A stretch of 64,000 nucleotides of DNA from Sedimentisphaerales bacterium (GCA_040772485.1 JAXGYC010000007.1:960001-1024000); one strand, 5' to 3'; positions 50,232 through 58,768 are shown, counted from the first letter of the stretch. Program-made: numbers and translations. The notes: a model not told the origin generated them from the sequence alone.

Positions 50232-50248
50232 CTGTGAACAAAACCGAT

Positions 50249-50280
50249 CGGCAGGGGCGAGGCATGCCTCGCCCCTGCCG
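50249..50280. repeat. REP-like perfect palindrome, copy 1
   Basis: CGGCAGGGGCGAGGCATGCCTCGCCCCTGCCG. Confidence 0.8.
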
Positions 50281-50396
50281 CCCCGGAGAAATCCGGTGCA
50301 ATGGCCCAGTGGCACTGGGGACACGACTGACGCCCTTTTCTCTTGGCGCGTCAGACGGCGTCTGATATTGATGAGCTGGTTCGGAGGTGTCTTCTT

Positions 50397-50438
50397 GTGA
50401 GTGGATCGCCTCTGCTCGGACTCGGAGTTGTGCGGTAG
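50397..50438 (+). CDS. candidate leader peptide uORF1b (MSGSPLLGLGVVR)
   Basis: GGAGGTG SD + GTG; paralog of 47669-47710. Confidence 0.45.
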   Translation: MSGSPLLGLGVVR

Positions 50439-50484
50439 AAGTCCGACGGCACCCACACCACACGCAGACTCGGAGGCCGGAAGA

Positions 50485-50730
50485 ATGCCTTGGATCGGAC
50501 GCACAGCGAAGCCCGGAGCGCCGGCCAGTTTCCTTGTGGCGTCTCGGAACTTCTACAGCCACAATCTGCAATGCACGTCCCTTGGCAGAATGATCCACTT
50601 CACAGATCGCGACAAGACGCGCGCCCGGCCTGTCGCCGGAGCACGACAGATCCCATTTCGGCGTTTTCTTGAAGGAGGATACCCATGTGGAACAAGACGT
50701 ACTGCTCGATCCTGCTTCTGCTCACGTTGA
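50485..50730 (+). CDS. candidate uORF2b (81 aa, MPWIGRTAKPGA...IPFRRFLEGG...)
   Basis: GGAGG SD; frame kept relative to the paralog; overlaps the start of the main gene. Confidence 0.3.
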   Translation: MPWIGRTAKPGAPASFLVASRNFYSHNLQCTSLGRMIHFTDRDKTRARPVAGARQIPFRRFLEGGYPCGTRRTARSCFCSR

Positions 50731-52994
50731 GCTTCTCTGGGGGCGGCGCCAGAGCCGGCGACACAACCCTCGTCGGCTGGTGGCCGTTTGACGGCGACAC
50801 CCTGGACTATTCCGGAAACGGAAACCACGGCACCGTCGTCGGAAGCCCGACGTTTGTCGCGGGCATCGTGGGGACAGGAGCCCTGGATTTCGGCGGCGCA
50901 GACGCGGTCGAGATTCCTCATAGCGACAGCCTTTCCATCACCGACGCCATCACCATCGCCGCCTGGACGTATATGAGGTCGAACGCCAGTGGCGAGATGG
51001 CGATCGTCAGCAAAGGAAGCTGGGCGGCAAACAACCTGCCGTATGAGCTGACCGAGGAGAATGGAGGCGTGATCTTCTGGCAGTTCTACGACACCGAAGG
51101 ACGTGATACCTGTTCGCCCGCCTCGCCGGCCGCCGGCGAATGGCACCACATCGCCGCGACGTACGATAGCACGATCTTCAAATGCTATATCGACGGACAA
51201 TTGGGAGAAGAGTGGGCCTATGCCGGAACGATGCCGCAGAATACGTTGCCGGTGACCATCGGACGGCGTAGCGGAGGCGGGACCTTCTATAACGGGATGA
51301 TCGACGATGTAGCGATCTTCCATCGGGCCCTGGAGCAAAATGAGATCGCCAAGCTCATGACAGGCATAAAAGCGCTGGAGCTGGCGGCCGATCCGATTCC
51401 CGAAGACGGGGCGGTGGATGTACGCCGTGACGTGGTGCTCCAATGGACGGCGGGCAGGTTCGCGAGTACCCATGATGTCTACTTCGGCACGCAGTTCGAT
51501 GATGTCAACACGGCCGGACGGGCCAACCCCCAAGGCGTCCTGGTCAGCCGAAGCCAGGCGGCTGCCGCGTACGACCCCGAGGGTTTGCTGGATTTCCAGA
51601 CCACCTACTACTGGCGTGTGGACGAGGTCAATGCTCCGCCGGATTCGACCGTCTTCCGAGGCCCGCTCTGGAGCTTCACGACGGAACCGTTTGCCTATCC
51701 GGTAGAGAACGTCGTCGCCACAACGAACGCGACATCGACCACCACCGAGAGCGTCGCGAACATCGTCAACGGTTCGGGGCTGGACGCCGCGGACCAGCAC
51801 TCCACCAAGAGCACCGACATGTGGCTCGGGAAGCCCGCCGACGGCGACCCCATATGGGTTCAATTCGAGTTCGACCGCGTCTACAAGCTCCACGAGCTTT
51901 GGGTGTGGAACTACAATGTGGAGTTCGAGTTGCTTCTCGGTTTCGGGATCAAGAACGTGACGGTCGAGTATTCCACGGATGCGGCGGCTTGGGCCAGTCT
52001 TGGTGACGTCGAACTGGCCCGGGGCGCCGCCAAGTCCGCGTACGCGCACAACACAACCGTGGATCTCGGCGGGGTAGCGGCCAGGTACATCAGGCTGACG
52101 GTCAACAGCGGATTCGGCGTGCTCTCGCAGTACGGGCTCAGCGAGGTCCGGTTCATGTACATCCCGGCGTTTGCTCGCGAGCCGGAGCCGGCGGACGGGG
52201 CGGCAGGAATGGACGTCGAGGGAACGCTGAGCTGGCGGCCGGGACGCGAGGCGGTCTCGCACAACGTCTATCTGGGCGCCGATCCGGCGAATCTGGTCCT
52301 GGCCGGGACGGTTGACGCGGCGAGCTTCCAGCCGGATGACCTCGTCTTCGGCAACGTCTACTACTGGCAGGTTGACGAGGTCAACGCCGCCGCCAGCCCC
52401 GACACGTGGCAAGGCGACCTGTGGAGCTTCACGACCGCTGAGTATGCGACGATCGACGACATCGAAGCCTACACCGATGACATCGACGCCGGCCAGGCCG
52501 TCTTCCAGAACTGGATCGACGGCTGGACCAACAACACCGGATCGACCACCGGCTACACGGATGCCCCGTTTGCCGAGAAGGCGACCGTTCACGGTGGCCG
52601 CCAGTCGATGCCCGTGAGCTACGACAACACCTCAGCCCCGTTCTATTCCGAGATTTCGCGGACGTGGGACAGCCCGCAGGACTGGACCGGCCACGGCGCC
52701 AACGCGCTGGTGCTGTATTTCTACGGCGCCGAGGGCAACGCCGCCGAGACGCTGTACGTGGCGGTCGAGGACAGCGCCGGTCAGGTCGCGGTCGTTGCGC
52801 ATCCTGATCCCGAGGCGCTGAGGGTCGCCGCCTGGCAGTCCTGGACGGTCCCCTATAGCGAGCTGGCGGGCGTGAACATGGCGCGGGTCGAGACGATGTA
52901 CATCGGCGTCGGCAACCGCGCCACCCCGACCGCCGGCGGCAGCGGCCTGCTGTTCATCGACGACATCGGCTACGGCGCGCCCTTGGCCGAGTGA
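50685..52994 (+). CDS. secreted LamG + discoidin multidomain protein
   Basis: Signal peptide; LVGWWPFDG..WHHIAATYD..GMIDDVAIF LamG; C-terminal half nearly identical to the 47952 gene. Confidence 0.9.
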   Translation: MWNKTYCSILLLLTLSFSGGGARAGDTTLVGWWPFDGDTLDYSGNGNHGTVVGSPTFVAGIVGTGALDFGGADAVEIPHSDSLSITDAITIAAWTYMRSNASGEMAIVSKGSWAANNLPYELTEENGGVIFWQFYDTEGRDTCSPASPAAGEWHHIAATYDSTIFKCYIDGQLGEEWAYAGTMPQNTLPVTIGRRSGGGTFYNGMIDDVAIFHRALEQNEIAKLMTGIKALELAADPIPEDGAVDVRRDVVLQWTAGRFASTHDVYFGTQFDDVNTAGRANPQGVLVSRSQAAAAYDPEGLLDFQTTYYWRVDEVNAPPDSTVFRGPLWSFTTEPFAYPVENVVATTNATSTTTESVANIVNGSGLDAADQHSTKSTDMWLGKPADGDPIWVQFEFDRVYKLHELWVWNYNVEFELLLGFGIKNVTVEYSTDAAAWASLGDVELARGAAKSAYAHNTTVDLGGVAARYIRLTVNSGFGVLSQYGLSEVRFMYIPAFAREPEPADGAAGMDVEGTLSWRPGREAVSHNVYLGADPANLVLAGTVDAASFQPDDLVFGNVYYWQVDEVNAAASPDTWQGDLWSFTTAEYATIDDIEAYTDDIDAGQAVFQNWIDGWTNNTGSTTGYTDAPFAEKATVHGGRQSMPVSYDNTSAPFYSEISRTWDSPQDWTGHGANALVLYFYGAEGNAAETLYVAVEDSAGQVAVVAHPDPEALRVAAWQSWTVPYSELAGVNMARVETMYIGVGNRATPTAGGSGLLFIDDIGYGAPLAE

Positions 52995-53012
52995 TCGCAA
53001 AAGAAACGGATT

Positions 53013-53042
53013 GGCAGGGGCGAGGTATGCCTCGCCCCTGCC
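53013..53042. repeat. REP-like palindrome, copy 2
   Basis: GGCAGGGGCGAGGTATGCCTCGCCCCTGCC. Confidence 0.8.
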
Positions 53043-53237
53043 GCCATCCGCTGGGCGGAACGTGTTTGAGAGTATCCCGGCTGGCGTGTGGAAGCCTCAA
53101 ACGCGACAGCGTCTGGGGATGGGAGACGGCGGGACAAATCTCGAAAGGTTTTGCTGGCCAGGACGGCAACCCTGTGGTATAGTCTGCTCCGGCAGAGTCA
53201 AAACGCTCTCCGACTCGGAAACGAAGGTATCTTTTAC

Positions 53238-53335
53238 CGGCCGGGTCCCATGCAAGCCGAGCCCGTGAACCTGGTCAGGCGGGGAACCGAGCAGCCATAA
53301 GCGGCAGCTTGGTTGTGTGTGGGTAAACCCGGCCG
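53238..53335 (+). ncRNA. ffs: signal recognition particle RNA (4.5S)
   Basis: CGGCCGGGT/ACCCGGCCG closing stem; helix 8 GTCAGGCGG-GGAA-CCGAGCAGC; position upstream of dnaX; TGG-TATAGT promoter at 53175-53183. Confidence 0.92.
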
Positions 53336-53340
53336 ATCTT

Positions 53341-53378
53341 TTTTCGATTTACGACTTACGATTTTCGATTGACTATTT
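53341..53378. repeat. heptamer tandem repeat, left arm
   Basis: TTTTCGA TTTACGA CTTACGA TTTTCGA TTGACTA. Confidence 0.8.
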
Positions 53379-53396
53379 CGTCAAAGAGAGAATCCG

Positions 53397-53753
53397 GTGG
53401 ATCGTGATGAGCTGAAAGCAAGAACAAAGGACTTCGCACACCGATGCGTGAAGTTGGCCATAGCACTTCCCGAGACGCCACTTGGGCGACATGCTCGTTC
53501 GCAACTGATTCGCTGTTCAACAAGTGTAGCGGCCAACTATCGAGCGGCTTGTGTCGCTCAATCGAGAGCCGCCTTCGTTTCTAAGCTGAGTATTGTCGTT
53601 GAGGAGGCCGATGAATCGTGCTTCTGGATGGAGTTCGTCAAGGATGAAGCCCTGATTGCAGGGAAGATGATTGCCCCGCTGCTTTGCGAGGGTGAAGAGT
53701 TGACGTCGATCTTCGTGGCGGCACGGCGTACGACAAGAAGCAATAGTAAATAG
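53397..53753 (+). CDS. four helix bundle protein (23S rRNA IVP / TIGR02436-like)
   Basis: LKARTKDFA..QLIRCSTSVAANYRAAC.AQSRAAFVSKLSIVVEEADESCFWME. Confidence 0.92.
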   Translation: MDRDELKARTKDFAHRCVKLAIALPETPLGRHARSQLIRCSTSVAANYRAACVAQSRAAFVSKLSIVVEEADESCFWMEFVKDEALIAGKMIAPLLCEGEELTSIFVAARRTTRSNSK

Positions 53754-53772
53754 TAGATCGTAGATAGAAAAT
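53742..53772. repeat. heptamer tandem repeat, right arm (inverted relative to the left arm)
   Basis: AATAGTA AATAGTA GATCGTA GATAGAA AAT. Confidence 0.8.
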
Positions 53773-53776
53773 CCTC

Positions 53777-55423
53777 ATGGCTTATACCGTTCTGGCAAGG
53801 AAGTATCGGTCGCAGACGTTTGACGACGTGGTCGGGCAGGACCCGATCTCCAAGACGCTCAAGAACGCGATCGAGACGGGGCGCGTCGCTCATGCGTATC
53901 TTTTCTCGGGCACGCGTGGCGTCGGCAAGACCACGATGGCCCGCATTCTGGCCAAGGCTCTCAACTGCCTGAAATCCGACGGGCCGACGACGACCCCCTG
54001 CTGCAAGTGCGACAGTTGCGTGGCCATCAACAGCGGAGAGGATATCGACGTCATCGAGATCGACGGCGCCTCGAACAACCGCGTGGATGAGATCCGCGAG
54101 CTGCGCGAAAACGCGATCTACCGGCCCGCCCGGGCCCGCTACAAGATCTACATCATCGACGAAGTGCACATGCTGACGACGCAGGCGTTCAACGCGCTGC
54201 TCAAGACGCTGGAAGAGCCGCCGGAGCATGTGAAATTCATCTTCGCAACGACCGAGCCCAACAAGGTCATCGCGACGATCCAGTCGCGGTGCCAGCGGTT
54301 CGACTTCAGCAACATCAACGCCAGGCAGATCGCCGACCAGCTCAAGAGCATCCTCAAGAAAGAGAAGATCAAGTATCAGGATGACCTCGTGCTGGCTCTG
54401 GCGAAGATGGCCAACGGGTCGATGCGTGACGGCCTGAGCCTGCTGGATCGTCTCATCAGCACGGGGATTCAGCCCCTGTCGGTGGACCTGCTGGAGGACT
54501 TCCTCGGCCGGCCCAACGCGGAGAAGGTCCAGATGCTTGTGGCTAAGATTGGCGACGGCGACGCGGCCGGCACGCTCGTAGCCACGGAGGACCTGATCAA
54601 CACGGGCCTGGGTGAGGCGCAGATCGTCGACGCTTTGACGGACCAGATGCGCGATCTGCTGGTGATCGCTTCGGCCGGGGTCGACACCGATCTGCTGATT
54701 ATGACGGCCGACCAGAAAGAGAAAGCCGCTGAGTTGGCGAAGAAATTTGACACCGCGGCGCTGATCTACAACATCACCGCGCTCGAGAAGCTCCGCTGGG
54801 CCGTCAAGAACAGCGATACGCCGAGGGCTTTGCTCGACGCCTCTCTGTTGCGGTTCGCGCTGAGCGAGCACTTCATCAACGTCGATGAGCTGCTGGCTCG
54901 TTCGTCGGGCGGCGCCGGCGCACCGGTCAAAAAAAAACTCCCGGTAGAGCCTGAGCCTGCCCCTGCAATCCTGTCCATCCCGTCCAAGTCGGCCGCACCC
55001 CAGCCCGCTGTCGTACCCGTCGCCCACGCAGAGGCGCCTGTGGAGAACCCGGCCGAGTCGTGGCCCGAGGTCCTCGGCAAGATCGCCAAGCGGCTCGGTC
55101 CGGCCACGACCGGCCTGCTGACCGGATCGAGCCTCAAAGGCATCGCCGGCAACACGCTGACAATCGAGTTTCCGCCGACCGGCAAGACGCAGAAGCAGAT
55201 GTGCGAGAGCAACGGGCGAGGCGACCAGATCGCGGAAACCTTGGGGGAGTACCTGGGGCGAGCCGTTCGCGTCAAATTCACGGTGGCACCGTCTCCTGCG
55301 TCCGACGCAGAACCCGAACGCAAGCCTATCGCGGAACGACAGCGTCAGATCCTCAGCGATCCCGGCGTCAAGACCGTCCTCATGGAACTGGGCGCTACCG
55401 TCACCGGGATCGAAGAGGAATAG
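53777..55423 (+). CDS. dnaX: DNA polymerase III subunit gamma/tau
   Basis: LARKYRSQTFDDVVGQ, GTRGVGKTT, EIDGASNN, IIDEVHML, LLKTLEEPP, SRCQRF. Confidence 0.97.
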   Translation: MAYTVLARKYRSQTFDDVVGQDPISKTLKNAIETGRVAHAYLFSGTRGVGKTTMARILAKALNCLKSDGPTTTPCCKCDSCVAINSGEDIDVIEIDGASNNRVDEIRELRENAIYRPARARYKIYIIDEVHMLTTQAFNALLKTLEEPPEHVKFIFATTEPNKVIATIQSRCQRFDFSNINARQIADQLKSILKKEKIKYQDDLVLALAKMANGSMRDGLSLLDRLISTGIQPLSVDLLEDFLGRPNAEKVQMLVAKIGDGDAAGTLVATEDLINTGLGEAQIVDALTDQMRDLLVIASAGVDTDLLIMTADQKEKAAELAKKFDTAALIYNITALEKLRWAVKNSDTPRALLDASLLRFALSEHFINVDELLARSSGGAGAPVKKKLPVEPEPAPAILSIPSKSAAPQPAVVPVAHAEAPVENPAESWPEVLGKIAKRLGPATTGLLTGSSLKGIAGNTLTIEFPPTGKTQKQMCESNGRGDQIAETLGEYLGRAVRVKFTVAPSPASDAEPERKPIAERQRQILSDPGVKTVLMELGATVTGIEEE

Positions 55424-55607
55424 CTCCGCCAAGTGGGGGGAACCATCCCCAAGTCCTGCGGACTTCAGGCTGCCACCCCGTATGTTGGAAAAGCAGGTGC
55501 TCGAACTTTCCGCGCAGACGTGCTATGCTACCCTGAGCCGGCAGGTGCCGTGCGCTGGCTTCGCGCAGAGGATGATGCCGTATAGACAGATTCACAAAGG
55601 AGATCCG

Positions 55608-56957
55608 ATGAACACGCCGCACGCTGTCTCTCGCCGGACTTTCGTCAAGCGGTCGCTCGCTACGGCAACGGGCTTGGGCCTCTGGGGCACGAACCGATCC
55701 TGGGCCGGGGCCAACAACCGGGTCCGAATCGCCGTCGTAGGCATCCGAGGCCACGGCTTCGGCAGTCACATCAGGAACTACCCTCTCTTGCCCGATGTCG
55801 AAGTGGCCGCCCTTTGTGACGTGGACGAGACCCTCTTCCCCGAGCGGCTCAAGTGGTTTGAACAGAACGACAAGGCTCTCCCCAAGACCTACGTCGACAT
55901 CCGCAAGCTGCTCGAAGACAAAAGCATCGACGCGATCAGCGTCGCCACGCCCAACCACTGGCACGCGCTGGCGGGCGTGTGGGCCTGCCAGGCGGGCAGA
56001 CACGCCCACATCGAGAAGCCGTTCTGTCACAACATCTTCGAGGGGCAGAAGCTGATCGAGGCAGCGAGGAAGTACCACCGCGTAGTGCATCACGGCACCG
56101 AGAGCCGCAGTTCGAAGGCGTATCAGGAGGCGATGGCGTTTCTGCGAAACGGTGGTCTGGGCGAGGTCTACCTAGCCAAGGGCACCTGCTACAAATGGCG
56201 CGACACAATCGGACGCACGCCGGAAGAGCCTGTGCCGGCCGGCGTCCACTACGACCTGTGGCTGGGTCCGGCCCCGAAGCGGCCGTTCACGCGGAACCGC
56301 TTCCATTACAACTGGCACTGGCATTGGGACTACGGCAACGGCGACATCGGCAATCAAGGTGTGCACGAGATCGACATCGCCCGATGGGGACTTGATGTCA
56401 CACTACCGACTCGCGTCACGGCCATGGGCGCCCACGTGATGTTCGACGACGATCAGGAGACGCCCAACGTGCTGATGGCCACGTACGAATTCGACAATCC
56501 GAACGGTCGCGGCGACAAGAAAAAGATCCTCCAGTTCGAGGTCCGCCATTGGATCACCAACTACGAGGGCGGCTTCGGCGAACCGCCGGACAACAACATC
56601 GGCAACATCTTCTATGGCTCCGAAGGCTACATGACGATGTACGGGGGACGCTGGCAGACCTTCCTGGGCAGGAAGCGCGAGCCCGGCCCCTCCGGCGTCG
56701 AACAAGGCAATACGGATCGCGCCCACTATCAGAACTTTATCGACGCCATACGGGCCAACGACGCATCCGGTCTGCCCGGCAAGGTCGAAGACGGCCACCA
56801 TAGCTGCGCCCTGATCCATATGGCCAACACCTCCTACCGGCTGGGCCGCTCACTGGACTTCGACCCCAAGCGGCAGCGATATGTCAACGACGACGAAGCC
56901 AACCGAATGTTGACGCGCGACTACCGAAGCCCCTTCGTAGTCCCGGCGAGCGTTTAG
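55608..56957 (+). CDS. Tat-exported Gfo/Idh/MocA oxidoreductase
   Basis: SRRTF; IAVVGIRG, ATPNHWH, EKP, YDLWLGPAP, GDIGNQGVHEID. Confidence 0.9.
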   Translation: MNTPHAVSRRTFVKRSLATATGLGLWGTNRSWAGANNRVRIAVVGIRGHGFGSHIRNYPLLPDVEVAALCDVDETLFPERLKWFEQNDKALPKTYVDIRKLLEDKSIDAISVATPNHWHALAGVWACQAGRHAHIEKPFCHNIFEGQKLIEAARKYHRVVHHGTESRSSKAYQEAMAFLRNGGLGEVYLAKGTCYKWRDTIGRTPEEPVPAGVHYDLWLGPAPKRPFTRNRFHYNWHWHWDYGNGDIGNQGVHEIDIARWGLDVTLPTRVTAMGAHVMFDDDQETPNVLMATYEFDNPNGRGDKKKILQFEVRHWITNYEGGFGEPPDNNIGNIFYGSEGYMTMYGGRWQTFLGRKREPGPSGVEQGNTDRAHYQNFIDAIRANDASGLPGKVEDGHHSCALIHMANTSYRLGRSLDFDPKRQRYVNDDEANRMLTRDYRSPFVVPASV

Positions 56958-56989
56958 CCGAACCTATCACCGGAGAACCGAGAGAGTCT

Positions 56990-57595
56990 ATGAGCAGTGC
57001 ATACACGGAAAGCCTGAACAAGCTGATCGAAGAATTCGGCCGGCTTCCCGGCATCGGCCCCAAGACCGCCGAGCGGTTGGCGTTCTTCATCCTCAAGACC
57101 GATGCGCCCGAGGCAATGAAGCTGGCCGACGCCATACGGGACGTCAAGACCCGGATCAAACGCTGCAAGGTCTGCTGGAACCTGTCTGAAGAGGACGTGT
57201 GCCAGATCTGCGCCGACCCGCAACGGGATCAGAGCCTGATCTGCGTGGTGGAGCAGCCCAAGGACGTCATCAGTCTGGAAAAGACCGGCACGTGCAAATG
57301 GCTGTACCACGTTCTGGGCGGCCATATCGCGCCGCTCGATGGAGTCGAGGCGGACGACCTGACGATCAACCAGCTCGTCGAGCGAATCCGCGGCGGGCAG
57401 GTGCGGGAGGTTGTCATGGCGACGAACCCCAATCTGGAGGGCGACGGCACATCGCTGTACATCAGCTCGCTGCTGCGTCCGCTCGGGGTGCGGATCACGC
57501 GGCTGGCCCGAGGTCTGCCGACCGGATCGACGATCGAATACGCCAGTGGCAGGATCCTGACCGACGCCATCCTCGGACGGCAGGAACTGGAATAG
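56990..57595 (+). CDS. recR: recombination mediator RecR
   Basis: LPGIGPKTAERLA, CxxC..CxxC, ICVVEQPKD, YHVLGG, ATNPNLEG, TRLARGLP. Confidence 0.97.
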   Translation: MSSAYTESLNKLIEEFGRLPGIGPKTAERLAFFILKTDAPEAMKLADAIRDVKTRIKRCKVCWNLSEEDVCQICADPQRDQSLICVVEQPKDVISLEKTGTCKWLYHVLGGHIAPLDGVEADDLTINQLVERIRGGQVREVVMATNPNLEGDGTSLYISSLLRPLGVRITRLARGLPTGSTIEYASGRILTDAILGRQELE

Positions 57596-57643
57596 AAACC
57601 GGCGCCAGCGCCGCGTCGGATGGAGAAAGGAGGCACGAGAATC

Positions 57644-58744
57644 ATGGCGACTCAGGGACGCGTGAAAGTCGGAATCATCGGCTCGCAGTTCGAGGCGGAC
57701 ATTCACGCCGCATCGTTTCAGATCATGCCGGATGAGGCGGAGGTCGTGGCGGTCGCATCGCCGACGCCCGGACACGCCACAGCCCTGGCGGAACGATATA
57801 AGATTCCGCGCGTCTTCACCGACTACCGGCAGATGCTCGAAGAAGACGACATCGAGATGGTGACGATCACCGCTCCCAATGCGCTGCACTGCCAGATGAC
57901 TGTCGACATCGCCAACGCCGGAAAGCATGTGGTCTGCGAAAAACCTCTGTGCATGACGCTCGAAGAGGCAGACCTCATGATCGACACGTGCCGGCGCAAA
58001 GGCGTTCTCCTGATGTACGCGGAGGAACTCTACTTCACGCCGAAGTACGTCAAGGCCAAAGAGATGGCCGACCAGGGGGCGTTCGGCAAGGTCTATCTCG
58101 TCAAGCAGAGCGAGAAACACTTCGGGCCGCACGCAGAGTGGTTCTGGGATGTGTCCCGATCGGGGGGAGGGGTCTTCATGGACATGGGCTGTCACGGCAT
58201 CGCCTTCTGCTGGTGGTTTCTCGGCCGGCCCAGGATCAGGAACGTCTACTGCCAGATGGGCACCTACGTCCACAGCGACAAGACCAAGGGCGAGGACAAC
58301 TCCGTCTGCATCATCGAGTTCGCGAACGACGCGGTCGGGCTGATCGAGGACAGTTGGGCTCGTCGCGGCGGCATGGAAGACCGGATCGAGGTCTACGGCG
58401 AGGGCGGCGTGACGCACGCGGACCTGCACATGGGCAACGCACTGCCGACCTACAGCGAGTACGGCTACGGCTACGCCGTGGAGAAGGCGCCGACGACCAA
58501 GGGCTGGACGTGGCCGGTCTTCGAGGAGCTGTGGAACTATGGCTTCCCGCAGGAGATGCACCACTTCTCGCGGTGTGTCCGAGGCAAGGAGACACCTCAG
58601 GCGACCGGTGAAGACGGCCGGGTGGTGCAGGAGGCACTTTGCGCGGGCTATCAATCAGCCGGAACCGGCAAGAAGACCGCCCTTCCGTTCCGGCCGCAAG
58701 GCGTCAAGAGGCCCATCGACTTGTGGCGGAATCCCAAGACGTAA
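57644..58744 (+). CDS. Gfo/Idh/MocA oxidoreductase (cytoplasmic)
   Basis: VGIIGS, APNALH, GKHVVCEKP, GGGVFMDMGCH. Confidence 0.9.
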   Translation: MATQGRVKVGIIGSQFEADIHAASFQIMPDEAEVVAVASPTPGHATALAERYKIPRVFTDYRQMLEEDDIEMVTITAPNALHCQMTVDIANAGKHVVCEKPLCMTLEEADLMIDTCRRKGVLLMYAEELYFTPKYVKAKEMADQGAFGKVYLVKQSEKHFGPHAEWFWDVSRSGGGVFMDMGCHGIAFCWWFLGRPRIRNVYCQMGTYVHSDKTKGEDNSVCIIEFANDAVGLIEDSWARRGGMEDRIEVYGEGGVTHADLHMGNALPTYSEYGYGYAVEKAPTTKGWTWPVFEELWNYGFPQEMHHFSRCVRGKETPQATGEDGRVVQEALCAGYQSAGTGKKTALPFRPQGVKRPIDLWRNPKT

Positions 58745-58768
58745 TCCACCTGTCTCGCGGTGATTCGT

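Noticed and set aside
50281..50325. Cobalamin-riboswitch-like hairpin CCGGAGAAATCCGG
   Set aside because: Flanking conserved elements are missing; it appears to be an isolated hairpin.
53397..53753. Diversity-generating retroelement (four-helix bundle read as Avd, near-identical repeats at 49.3-50.2 and 52.1-53.0 kb read as TR/VR)
   Set aside because: No reverse transcriptase in the window; both repeats are coding and their differences are not adenine-specific.
53341..53772. CRISPR array
   Set aside because: The repeats are contiguous 7-mers without spacers, and there are no cas genes.
56958..56980. LexA box upstream of recR (single CCGAAC)
   Set aside because: No partner repeat at the 11-bp spacing.
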